A stretch of 64,000 nucleotides of DNA from Acidobacteriota bacterium (GTDB lineage: Bacteria; Acidobacteriota; UBA6911; RPQK01; JAJDTT01): positions 5,056,001 to 5,120,000 of the forward strand of contig OZ242374.1 in assembly GCA_965209055.1 (NCBI GenBank), given 5' to 3'. This document shows positions 1 to 9,102 of this stretch, piece after piece. Positions within the stretch are counted from its first letter, which is position 1. Each line of letters starts with the position of its first letter. A program made the translations under genes and the position numbers. Under the pieces are notes generated by a model that was not told the origin of the DNA, did not search any database, and saw only the letters and a list, made by a program, of their open reading frames with translations.

Positions 1-473
1 TGATCCTGCACAAACTGATGGAGGAACTCCTGACCGGAGAAATCCATTCGGATGAGGCCGCCGTGCGGGCGCGAGCCGCCGACCTGATTGGTCAATTGGG
101 CCTTGACGACGAAGAAGATGCGGCGGCGGGGCCGTCCAGTGCCGAGATGGCGGCCACAGTGATGCGGACCCTGCGACTTCCCCAAGTCGCTGCCCTCCGG
201 CCGCGGCTGGTTCCCGAGTTTCCGGTCTACGCCAGCGCCGTCGACGGTTCGGCGGTATCTCTCACGGCCGGCATTGCCGACGCCGTCGCCATTGACGGGA
301 AGGGGCGCATCGACGTGGTGGTGGACTGGAAGAGCGACGTGAAACCTGCCGGGAAACAGGTCGCCATGTATCACCGGCAGATTCGCGACTATCTCCGATC
401 GACCGAAGCCCGGACCGGCCTGATCGTCTTCATGAGTTCCGGCCGCGTCGACAGAATCGCGCGGGGCGGCTGA
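1..473 (+). CDS. C-terminal PD-(D/E)XK nuclease domain of an AddA/UvrD-type helicase-nuclease (5' partial)
   Basis: Frame is open from the window edge (ILHKLMEE); RecB-like nuclease motifs E-F-P-V, GIADAV, VVDWKS and Q-x-x-x-Y. Confidence 0.75.
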   Translation, partial: ILHKLMEELLTGEIHSDEAAVRARAADLIGQLGLDDEEDAAAGPSSAEMAATVMRTLRLPQVAALRPRLVPEFPVYASAVDGSAVSLTAGIADAVAIDGKGRIDVVVDWKSDVKPAGKQVAMYHRQIRDYLRSTEARTGLIVFMSSGRVDRIARGG

Positions 474-520
474 CAGGCCGCCGGTGGCATCCTTTCCGGC
501 ATCCTGGGACAATCCGGGCC

Positions 521-1396
521 ATGCCCGGCCGAGCGTGGCTCTACGCCCTGTCCGCCGTATTTCTCTGGTCCACCGTCGCCTCCGTCTTCAAGCTGACCCT
601 GAGGCACGTGGACGTCATCCACCTGCTCCTGATCTCCTCCTGGACGGCCTTTCTGGCCCTGTTTCTGGTCCTGGCGGCCCAGGGAAAGGCCTCCCTCCTG
701 CGTCGGCTCACCGGCCGCGAACTCCTCCGTTCCGCCGGCCTCGGCGCCCTGAATCCGTACCTCTACTACCTGGTTCTGTTCAAGGCCTACTCGTTGATCC
801 CGGCCCAGGAAGCCCTGGCCCTGAACTACACCTGGCCTGTCGTCCTGGTCCTCCTCTCGGTGCCTCTGTTGGGGCAGAGGATCGGCGCAAGAAGCGTGGG
901 CGCCATCCTGGTCAGCTTCGTCGGCGTGATTCTGATCGCCACGCGGGGGAACCTGGGAGCCTTGGGCGTCTCACACCCACTGGGCTCCTCTCTGGCGCTG
1001 GGCTCCTCACTGGTCTGGGCCCTGTTCTGGATCCTCAATCTGCGAGACCGGCGCGACCCGGTTTTGAAGCTGTTTTTGAGTTTCGGGTTCGGCTCCCTTT
1101 TCATCCTGGCCACCGTCCTGCTGGCTGAGGGGATCCGGTTTCCCAATTGGCCGGGATTATTGGGCGGTGTCTATTCCGGTCTCTTCGAAATGGGACTGAC
1201 CTTTCTGCTCTGGCTCAAGGCGCTGGGACTGGCCAGCACCACCGCGCGGGTCAGCAACCTGGTCTTCCTTTCCCCGTTCCTCTCCCTGGTTTTCATACGG
1301 GTGCTGATCGGCGAACCGATCCTCGCCTCCACCCTGGCCGGCCTGGTCCTCATCATCTGCGGGATCCTTCTCCAACAGCGCCTGGGGCGATCGTGA
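521..1396 (+). CDS. DMT/EamA family transporter
   Basis: About 10 hydrophobic helices in two EamA halves (LNYTWP; LSPFLSL...GE). Confidence 0.9.
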   Translation: MPGRAWLYALSAVFLWSTVASVFKLTLRHVDVIHLLLISSWTAFLALFLVLAAQGKASLLRRLTGRELLRSAGLGALNPYLYYLVLFKAYSLIPAQEALALNYTWPVVLVLLSVPLLGQRIGARSVGAILVSFVGVILIATRGNLGALGVSHPLGSSLALGSSLVWALFWILNLRDRRDPVLKLFLSFGFGSLFILATVLLAEGIRFPNWPGLLGGVYSGLFEMGLTFLLWLKALGLASTTARVSNLVFLSPFLSLVFIRVLIGEPILASTLAGLVLIICGILLQQRLGRS

Positions 1397-1462
1397 AACG
1401 TCCGTGGCGACTTTCTCCCCCGACTGCTAACCTGACCCCGCTCGGCATCGACGGAGAACACC

Positions 1463-2524
1463 ATGCAAAGTTATCGGATTACCACCTACCCCGGAGATGG
1501 AATCGGCCAGGAGGTCACGGCTGAGACGCTCCGTGTATTGGAAGCGGTGCAGGACGTTGACGGCGGCTTCCGTCTGGAGGTGACCCGGGTCCCCTGGGGC
1601 TCGGACTACTACCACCGGCACGGCACGGTGGTGCCGGACGACTACCTGGAACGGTTGGCCCCCAGCGACGCCATCTTCCTGGGAGCCATCGGCGACCCGG
1701 CCCGGATCCCCGACCACGTCACCCTGGCGCCTCTGATCCGCATCCGGCAGCGCTTCGACCAGTACGCCTGCGTGAGGCCCGCCCGGCTCTTTCCGGGGGT
1801 TCGGACGCCACTCGCCGGGAAGGGGCCTCAGGACATCGACCTGGTGGTGATTCGGGAGAACTCCGAGGGTGAGTACGTCGACAACGGAGGCCGTTTCCGC
1901 GTGGGCACCCCCGATGAGTTCGCGGTCCAGACCGCCCTGCACACGCGCAAGGGGATCGAGCGGATTCTCCGCTTCGGGTTCCGGATGGCCGGCACCCGGC
2001 GGAGCCACCTGACCATGATCACCAAGTCCAACGCCCAGCGCTACGGCTTCGTGCTCTGGGACGAGGTCCTGGAACAACTCAAGTCCGAGTATCCGGACAT
2101 CGAAGTTGCCAAATACCACATCGACGCGGCGGTCATGAATATGGTGCGGTGGCCCGAGCGGTTCGACGTGGTGGTGGCTTCCAACCTGTTCGGCGACATC
2201 CTGACCGATCTATCCGGGATCCTGGCGGGAGGACTGGGTCAGGCGCCCTCCTCCAACATCAACCCCGAGCGGCGATTCCCCTCCATGTTCGAACCGGTCC
2301 ACGGCTCCGCGCCCGACATTGCCGGCCAGGGCATCGCCAACCCCACGGCGGCGATCCTGAGCGGAGCCAACATGCTCCGCTGGCTGGGGGAGGAACGGGC
2401 CGCCGTTGCCGTTGAAGAGGCGGTGGAAACGACTTTTGCCCAAGGCCACGGGACACCCGACTTGGGCGGCGGCCATACGACCCGGTCGTTCACCGACCGG
2501 ATTCTGGAGAATCTTAGGGTCTGA
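1463..2524 (+). CDS. Tartrate/D-malate dehydrogenase-like beta-decarboxylating dehydrogenase
   Basis: PGDGIG, RFDQY, RENSEGEY, TKSNA, SNLFGDILTDL, FEPVHGSAPDIAG; GGAGA RBS. Confidence 0.85.
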   Translation: MQSYRITTYPGDGIGQEVTAETLRVLEAVQDVDGGFRLEVTRVPWGSDYYHRHGTVVPDDYLERLAPSDAIFLGAIGDPARIPDHVTLAPLIRIRQRFDQYACVRPARLFPGVRTPLAGKGPQDIDLVVIRENSEGEYVDNGGRFRVGTPDEFAVQTALHTRKGIERILRFGFRMAGTRRSHLTMITKSNAQRYGFVLWDEVLEQLKSEYPDIEVAKYHIDAAVMNMVRWPERFDVVVASNLFGDILTDLSGILAGGLGQAPSSNINPERRFPSMFEPVHGSAPDIAGQGIANPTAAILSGANMLRWLGEERAAVAVEEAVETTFAQGHGTPDLGGGHTTRSFTDRILENLRV

Positions 2525-2546
2525 GCTGCAACGGCAGGAATCACGG

Positions 2547-3694
2547 TCACACTCGAGTCGTGGATACGAGAATGTGGTCGTCCTTCACAGTCCGCTCTCG
2601 TGGCCGGAGTCCGATCACTTCCAATTCCCCGTCTCGCCGCAGTCTTTTGATGAATTCCTGAACATCGCTCTCCCAGACGAGTGGCATCTCCAGCAACTGA
2701 CCTAGTGCGTGCTCAAATTTGACTCGCCGGTCGCGAAACAACCGATCGCGAAGAGCACGATCTGCCGCGCGTCGCTGTTCGGTGCGCTCAACCTCGAAAG
2801 ACGCTGGTCCTGCAAGTACGTCTGCGTCGTACAAATCTCGTTGACCGGATCTTTCGACGCGTCGTTGTTGTTTTGCGACCGAACGTACGCGTTCCTGCTC
2901 TTCGACCGCCTTCTTTTCGACGCTGCGGAATTCACGGAGTCCTCTTAGGTGCCGTGTCCCGTACACAAGGTAGAAGTAGGAACGGTCGGAGACGGGCTTG
3001 AGTATTCGAGTAGAAGTGACGTACTTGAATTGCCCAACATCACGCATTTGACCGCAGTAGAACTCGACAATTTTCTTCTCCTTTTGCGGACCCGATAACA
3101 TAGCGGTGTCTGGGACGCGGCCACCAAAGAGTTCTTCAAACGAAGACGCTATTTCCGATCGCGGGTCATCGAGAAATCGATTGATATGTGGTCGAACATG
3201 AAATTCACAATTACCTCGCCCGACGTTTGCCTCAAGAGGGGCTCGATCTTACGGAGCCCGAATCCCTTCCACCCCGTTGGATCGATGAACACGAGCGAAA
3301 ATGAGTTGCCTATGAAATTCAGAATCTCAGGAATGAGGTCCTCAAACTCGCCGTGTAGCGCCCTGACGGTGACATCGGATCGATCATTGACTACAGACCT
3401 CAGTTCCTCGTAAGCCGCAACGTCCCTCTCGATGAACAGGCAGCGAATACCTGGATACCTGCGATGCGGTGCTAAACCGTTACGAACCTGTCGCAGCTTC
3501 TTGAGGGCGATACGGAAGGATGTGTCTTCGAATTCTTCATCAGCAGACTTCCAGGGTCCCGAAAACCCATCGACATAGGCGAACTTCGGTTGGCTGAAAC
3601 CGATGATGTAAGCCACTCTTTCCAGATACTTTTCCAGGAAAAAGTGTTTGAGGTATGTCTGCTCCCGCCCTCGGTAATACTCCAAGTCCTTCAT
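2547..3694 (-). pseudogene. tcmP: Three-Cys-motif partner protein (TcmP family, SAM-dependent methyltransferase-like fold), frameshifted
   Basis: GREQTxxKHxxLxxYL, YVDGFSGP, FIE, FIDPTGW and NFM motifs in ORF 3149-3694. Removing an AT duplication at 3184-3187 gives FDHINRFLDDPRSEIASSFEELFGG, in frame with ORF 2547-3101 (YFYLVYGTRHxRG). Confidence 0.8.
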
Positions 3695-3719
3695 CGGGCG
3701 TTTTCCGGCAATGGGCCCA

Positions 3720-4766
3720 TTAGGGAGTCGGCAGAATCGGAACCGGAGCTTGGGATGTAACTAGCTTTTCCTGACCTCCATAACCGTTCAAACGGACAGG
3801 AATTTGGATGCTCTCGGTAGCATGATTGACAAGTGAATCCTCACTCCCCAGAAGACAATGGCACCCCTGAAAGGGCAAACCAAGCTCGCGCCATAGAGCA
3901 TGGTCCTCCTTGCAGAGCGCCGGTACGATTGTGTCGGCCAGTTCTGTAATGGCGTGGCGAAAGAGTTCGACCTGCATCTCAAGCGGAATTCGGTACTTGA
4001 AGCCCGAAGGGTCTCGATCTTCGGTGAGATAGTCGAAAATGCTGTCGTCGCGGCCGTTCTTAGCTGCCGCGCGGCGTAGAGACTTCGCAGACGTGGCACG
4101 CAGCGCACCGAGAGTCACCATCTCCGGCTGGATTTGATTGATTTTACGGATGGCAGTCGCGTAGCCCGATCGCCAGCGCGGATAGGGAACCATTGGGTCA
4201 AGCCGGAATCGGACGGGCCACCCCGCTTTCTTCATGGTCGCTACCGCCTTGAAGCGTTCGGAAGGAAGCGGCGTGCCATGCTCCCACCGTGCGGCGACTG
4301 ACTCCGCATTCACCGACCATGAGAAGACCACTTGCGGCGTGGCTTGGAGTTCCAGGGCATACCGCACCTGCGTAGACTTTGTAAGAAATATGAGGCGGTG
4401 CCTCGACTGCCCCGCGAACTTTGGAACTATCCAGTGCGTAAGCGGCTTGCCCGTGACTCTCCGATAAGCCCTTTCGAAAACGAGCCCATCCTGGAGTTCG
4501 CCGACAATCATCATCTTGGGAATCGGGTCTTCGAGCCAGACATCCAATTCGTGAAGCATATCGTCAACGTTGGTGTAGACGAGCCCATAGAGTTGGTCCG
4601 GATTGAAACGAAACCACGGGGTGGTCTGGAGAAAGCAATAGGAACAGCGATATGGGCAGCCCCCGGCCGGAACGAGTTGCCAGAACTTGAAGCACACGAT
4701 ACCGGAATCGTCACCGGGCCCGCTGAACCTTCGGATAAACTTGGAGGCTCTACGTCCGATCAGCAT
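3720..4766 (-). CDS. Spore photoproduct lyase-like radical SAM protein
   Basis: GCPYRCSYCFLQTT (CxxxCxxC in SplB-like context), FLTKS, FSWSVN, E.GTP...ER, RLDPM; GGAG RBS. Confidence 0.85.
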   Translation of the reverse strand: MLIGRRASKFIRRFSGPGDDSGIVCFKFWQLVPAGGCPYRCSYCFLQTTPWFRFNPDQLYGLVYTNVDDMLHELDVWLEDPIPKMMIVGELQDGLVFERAYRRVTGKPLTHWIVPKFAGQSRHRLIFLTKSTQVRYALELQATPQVVFSWSVNAESVAARWEHGTPLPSERFKAVATMKKAGWPVRFRLDPMVPYPRWRSGYATAIRKINQIQPEMVTLGALRATSAKSLRRAAAKNGRDDSIFDYLTEDRDPSGFKYRIPLEMQVELFRHAITELADTIVPALCKEDHALWRELGLPFQGCHCLLGSEDSLVNHATESIQIPVRLNGYGGQEKLVTSQAPVPILPTP

Positions 4767-4822
4767 CGGTTTTCTCCGTTTGACCTGCTGCGCCGGTGCC
4801 CAATTGGCGGCGACTCAGCTTC

Positions 4823-5428
4823 CTAATTCTTGTAACCACGAAGCAGACCGACTACGACGCCATGAATCATCGCCATCTCCGTCCTCACTTCGATGGCCTT
4901 GTAACGTGGGTTCTCGGCCATCAAGAAAACACGTCGTCCCTGCTTGACGTAGCGCTTCAACGTCGTCTCCCCATCTATGGTGGCCGCAATGATCTCACCG
5001 TTACGGGCGGTCTCCTGTTGGCAAACGATCACGCGATCGCCATCCAAAATTCCTGCGTTCACCATGCTGTCTCCGGCGACCCGCAAGGCAAAGCAACGTC
5101 GTCTTGGAGACCATTCGATGGGAAACGGAACCAGTTCATCACGGTAGGCATCAACTGACACCGGAGCGCCGGCCACAATCTGACCGATTATGGGAGCGCT
5201 CGCCACCGCGGGAGAACCCCTAGTAAGCTTGACTCGACCACCACGGCGTCCAGGCAGTTGGAGGTAGCCCTTCCGTTCCAAGGCTCGCAAATGGTCTCGG
5301 GCCGTTCCCGTTGAAGACCATCCGAACTCGGAGCAGAGATCCCGATAGCTCGGAGGCGGCTCGCCAACATCTATGCGGTTTCGCACAGCGGCAAGAATGC
5401 GAGCCTGAGTGCGCGTCAAGTCAATCAT
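4823..5428 (-). CDS. lexA: LexA transcriptional repressor
   Basis: wHTH (PPSYRDL...HLRALERKGYL), Ala-Gly cleavage site (VAG), Ser in GDSM, Lys in TLKR. Confidence 0.92.
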   Translation of the reverse strand: MIDLTRTQARILAAVRNRIDVGEPPPSYRDLCSEFGWSSTGTARDHLRALERKGYLQLPGRRGGRVKLTRGSPAVASAPIIGQIVAGAPVSVDAYRDELVPFPIEWSPRRRCFALRVAGDSMVNAGILDGDRVIVCQQETARNGEIIAATIDGETTLKRYVKQGRRVFLMAENPRYKAIEVRTEMAMIHGVVVGLLRGYKN

Positions 5429-5437
5429 TGCAGACTC

Positions 5438-5466
5438 ACCATACCACTCATATGAGTGGTATTCAA
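5438..5466 (-). promoter_or_regulatory. sigma70-type lexA promoter with a palindromic operator in the spacer
   Basis: Minus strand TTGAAT-N17-TATGGT, then 9 nt to ATG with no RBS; perfect 22-bp palindrome ATACCACTCATATGAGTGGTAT at 5441-5462. Confidence 0.75.
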
Positions 5467-5471
5467 CTTAA

Positions 5472-6662
5472 GGAAGGTCTGAATAAGTCCTCATACGGGG
5501 CGAAACAGACCTTGTATCTCTGCCTTTTTCGGATCCAGACGTTGTAACGTGGGATTTGCAACCCTGAATTGGTCTTGACCAAGCGATTGCGAGACGGTTT
5601 CCCCAGCCTCAAACACAGCCGTGCCGCATTCCGATCAGGCGGTCACACCGGAGCGCTCGGCGATCATCAGATTGGCGAATCCCACCAGCAGATAGATCCG
5701 TTGGGTGTTTTTCGCCAGCCCGCGGTAGCGCACCTTGGCGTAGCCGAAATGCCGTTTCAGGTACCCGAACACATGTTCGGCCTTCGCCCGAACCGATGCC
5801 TTGCGCCGCTCGGCCAACGCCGCCTCACTCTCCGGCGACAGCTGCCAACGCTTCCCGGGCTTCATCATCACCTGCCAATCCATCGGCCGATCTCGATTCT
5901 CCGACCGCTTCTGCACTCCCTGGTATCCGGAATCCCCCCAAACTTGCGACTCCGAGCCGTGCAGCAATTCGGAGGCCCGCGTCACGTCATGCTCGTTGGC
6001 CGGAGCCGTCACCACCGTGTGCGCCACCCCCGTCTGGGCGTCCACCCCCAAGTGGGCCTTCATTCCGAAATACCACTGTTTTCCCTTTTTCGTCTGGTGC
6101 ATCTCCGGATCCCGCGCCCGATCCTTGTTTTTCGTCGAGGAAGGCGCCGCCAGGATACTCGCGTCCACGATCGTCCCACGGCTCAGCCGCAGGCCTTGCC
6201 GCTGCAGGTGAGAACCGATCTCCTCGAACAGCGCCTCCCCCAGACCATGCTCCTCCAGCCGATGACGGAACTTCAGAATCGTCGTCTCGTCCGGCAGCGG
6301 CCCCGTGAGCTTCAGGCCCACGAACCGCCGCACCGATTCCACCTCATAGAGCAGATCCTCCATCCCCGGATCGCTCAGGTTGTAAAACAGCTGCACGCAG
6401 TGAACCCGCAGCATCGTCGAGAGCGGGTAGGGACGCCGGCCCCGTCCCGCTTTCGGGTAAAACGGCTCAATCCGGGCTTCCAAATGCTCCCACGGAATCA
6501 ACCCGTCCATGCGGGCCAGAAACTTCTCTCGACGGGTCACCCGCTTCTTGGTGTCGTATTCCAGATCTGCGAACGTCCGTTGCGACATCGTCTTTCCCCC
6601 CAACGCAGTGATGATGAAAGAATTATCGTGCAGAACGCTGACTCGACTTAATCAGACCTTCC
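5472..6662 (-). mobile_element. IS5 family insertion sequence, copy 1
   Basis: 18-bp terminal IRs GGAAGGTCTGA(A/T)TAAGTC; TTAA target duplication at 5468-5471 and 6663-6666. Confidence 0.95.
5635..6603 (-). CDS. IS5 family transposase
   Basis: PDETTILKFRH, GTIVDAS, WYFGMKAH.GVD, WGDSGY, RAKAEH.F, KVRYRGL.KN. Confidence 0.95.
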   Translation of the reverse strand: MGGKTMSQRTFADLEYDTKKRVTRREKFLARMDGLIPWEHLEARIEPFYPKAGRGRRPYPLSTMLRVHCVQLFYNLSDPGMEDLLYEVESVRRFVGLKLTGPLPDETTILKFRHRLEEHGLGEALFEEIGSHLQRQGLRLSRGTIVDASILAAPSSTKNKDRARDPEMHQTKKGKQWYFGMKAHLGVDAQTGVAHTVVTAPANEHDVTRASELLHGSESQVWGDSGYQGVQKRSENRDRPMDWQVMMKPGKRWQLSPESEAALAERRKASVRAKAEHVFGYLKRHFGYAKVRYRGLAKNTQRIYLLVGFANLMIAERSGVTA

Positions 6663-6778
6663 TTAACTCAGGGCTTCCGATCCGTATCCGGGACCGCGTT
6701 GCTGACTCGTGGCCGTCGCCTTCGCAAAGACGCTCGTTCGTTGTCCGCTTGGACCAACCGTAGCCATTCCTGAGGTTG

Positions 6779-7960
6779 CTACCCAGACCTTCGTGATACA
6801 CGGTCGAGCGCATTCAGAAGACGAAGGAACTCCTCCCAGGTGTTGAAAGCGGCAACGGAAACTCGCAGCGCCGGCCTCTCCGGCTGAAACTTGACGACGA
6901 TCCTCCGCTCCAGCAGATCTTCGACGAGTCTCCGTAAACCCGTTTCCCTCAGCTCTCCGTACTCCAAGGCGACGAGACCAGAGGCGCGACCCGGCTTTGT
7001 AGGAGTGAGGATCCGGACTCCAGGGCGATTCTCCAATTCCCCATAAAGAAGTTGGACCAATTCTTGGACGTAACGCTCGATCCGGTCGGGACCCAGCGCC
7101 TCCATGATCTCCAGCGCCCGGCCGAGACCGATCCGTAGGGCATAGTTGTGAGTCCCCAACTCGGAGCGCAAGCCGGCCGTCACCGGCGGCGGGGGGGCAC
7201 CCGGTTTCAACCAGGTGCTGGCATCGGGGATGAAATCGGGGCGAAAATCGGCGAGCCGATCCGGCGACACCCAGAGAAACCCGACGCCCAAGGGACCCAG
7301 CAGCCACTTGTGACCGGAGGCGATGTAGTAGTCGCAGCCCAGGGCCGGAATCTCCACCGGAAACTGACCCACCGCCTGGGCGCCGTCCAGCATCAGCGGA
7401 ACTCCCCGTGTACGCGCAAGACCTGCTGCTTCCCGGGCGGGCAGCCTGCGGCCATCCAGAGTGGAAACCTGGCTGAGGCAGACCAGCCAGACCCGGCGCG
7501 TCAGGGCCGCCTCCAGGCCGCTGAGGAGTGCGTCGTCTCCTGCTTCCGCCGGGAAGGTCCTGACCACCACTCCACGGTGCCGCTCAAGCGCACGGCAGGC
7601 GTCCTGCGTGCTGACGTGCTCGGCCGAGGAAACGAGGATTTCGTCCCCGGCCTGCCAATCCACGCTCCGCAAAACCCGTTGCATGGCCTGGCTGGTGTTG
7701 GAGGTCCAGGCCAGATGCTCCGGCCGGACGCCCAGAAAGTCAGCCAGTTGTCGCCGGACCCGCTGCTCCTGATCCAGCAGAATTCCAGTCACCTCCGGTG
7801 AGGCCGACCCGTGACGGCTCTGGAAGGCCATCGTCTCGGCGACCACCTTGAGCACCGAATCCGGAGTCGGCCCGTAGGAACCGGTCTGAAAGTAGGCCAG
7901 CCGCCGAGTCAGGGGCAGATCTCCACGGAGTTGCCGGAAGCTCATGGGAGCTGGGGTCAC
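6779..7960 (-). CDS. Aminotransferase class V PLP-dependent enzyme (cysteine desulfurase/isopenicillin epimerase-like)
   Basis: DGAQAVG, SGHKWLLGP, RVSVAAFN; GTG start overlaps the upstream stop (GTGA). Confidence 0.85.
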   Translation of the reverse strand: MTPAPMSFRQLRGDLPLTRRLAYFQTGSYGPTPDSVLKVVAETMAFQSRHGSASPEVTGILLDQEQRVRRQLADFLGVRPEHLAWTSNTSQAMQRVLRSVDWQAGDEILVSSAEHVSTQDACRALERHRGVVVRTFPAEAGDDALLSGLEAALTRRVWLVCLSQVSTLDGRRLPAREAAGLARTRGVPLMLDGAQAVGQFPVEIPALGCDYYIASGHKWLLGPLGVGFLWVSPDRLADFRPDFIPDASTWLKPGAPPPPVTAGLRSELGTHNYALRIGLGRALEIMEALGPDRIERYVQELVQLLYGELENRPGVRILTPTKPGRASGLVALEYGELRETGLRRLVEDLLERRIVVKFQPERPALRVSVAAFNTWEEFLRLLNALDRVSRRSG

Positions 7961-9102
7961 GCCGTTTCGCTCCTGCGGTTCCCCTCGCGAGGCAGACTGC
8001 GAACCGCATCCCACAGATTCAGGCGCTCGATGGTGTCGGCCCGGTAGACGCCCACCTCGTCGGCCCCTGCGGCCAAGGCGGCATCGGCGCCTTGGCGGAG
8101 CAGATCCGGTGTCACCAGCTTGGGCGGGCCCCAACAGACCAGTTGGGCCACCAGGGGGACCCGGCCGGCCACGGTCCGGGCAGCCGCGCGCGTGTCCTCG
8201 AAGATGTGAGCCAGATTTCCGGTGAGGTGCCGGATGTGGATCTCGTCCACCAGACCTGCCTCGACCCACGCCGGCCAGTCCTGAAGGCGCTTCCAGGCCG
8301 TCTCCGGATTGGAGGCCACGGCGGCCGTCAGGGTCACCTTCCGCTCCAGGACATCCAGCTTCTGCCTCAGCTCCCGGACGAAGCGCGTGACGTATCCGGC
8401 CCGGAACAGGGTCCAGTCCCGATCCTGATTGGACAGGATCAAGGGATCCCGGCCCGACTCGCGGTGATAGTCCTCGACGATGGCCGCCTCGTAGCCGTAG
8501 ACCATCACCCCATGCTCGTCCACCTGTCCCGGGACCGATTCGATCTGGAATTCCAGTTGGACGCCGTCCACGTCGTAGTCCCGGGCCATTTCCAGAAACG
8601 GCTGCTGCTCGTGGAGGCGGGCCTCGCGCGTCCCGTAGCTGAGGACCACCGATCCTGATACGTCGAAGCAGGTCAATCCGTCCCGGCGCCGCATCCAGAG
8701 TTCGGGGTGGTCATTGGCGAACCGGGTCAGGCGCCATTCGGGCAACCGGGTGCCGCTCTGGTAGTCGATGCCGGTCATTCCCGTGTATCCGACGGCGTTG
8801 TACGGATGGACCTCGATGCCTCTTTGATGGGCCTCCTCCACCAGAAAGGAGAGGGGGTCCCAGCCGTGAACGGAATAGAATCCCGGCACCACGGCCAGGA
8901 TGTCTGCCGGATCGTGTCCTGCGCGGCCGTGGTCGAAACGGAGGCACATCTCCCGGCCCGGGGTATAGCCGGGAATGAACCGATTCACTCCGGCCTCGGC
9001 GCACTGATCCAGAAAGCCGCAGACCTTCTCCCGGTTTCCCTCGGTGGGAAACACGCCGTTGTATCCTCCGATGCCTCCCCAGACGGTGAGCCGTCTCGAC
9101 AT
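7957..9102 (-). CDS. GHL10/DUF187-like TIM-barrel glycoside hydrolase
   Basis: WDPL..LVEEAH.RGIEVH, HPE.W, YDVDGVQLEF, QDW..W...G.VD; AGGAGG RBS. Confidence 0.75.
   Translation of the reverse strand: MSRRLTVWGGIGGYNGVFPTEGNREKVCGFLDQCAEAGVNRFIPGYTPGREMCLRFDHGRAGHDPADILAVVPGFYSVHGWDPLSFLVEEAHQRGIEVHPYNAVGYTGMTGIDYQSGTRLPEWRLTRFANDHPELWMRRRDGLTCFDVSGSVVLSYGTREARLHEQQPFLEMARDYDVDGVQLEFQIESVPGQVDEHGVMVYGYEAAIVEDYHRESGRDPLILSNQDRDWTLFRAGYVTRFVRELRQKLDVLERKVTLTAAVASNPETAWKRLQDWPAWVEAGLVDEIHIRHLTGNLAHIFEDTRAAARTVAGRVPLVAQLVCWGPPKLVTPDLLRQGADAALAAGADEVGVYRADTIERLNLWDAVRSLPREGNRRSETA

Noticed and set aside
2517-2555. Tn3-family terminal repeat (GGGTCTGA start)
   Set aside because: The resemblance is partial, with no 38-bp IR ending in TAAG, no 5-bp duplication and no Tn3 transposase
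3149-3190. Programmed frameshift in tcmP
   Set aside because: No slippery heptamer or stimulatory hairpin is seen; a simple AT duplication explains the break
5569-6651. 360-aa ORF antisense to the IS5 transposase, also present in copy 2
   Set aside because: Its presence in both copies follows from their near-identity; no independent evidence of coding
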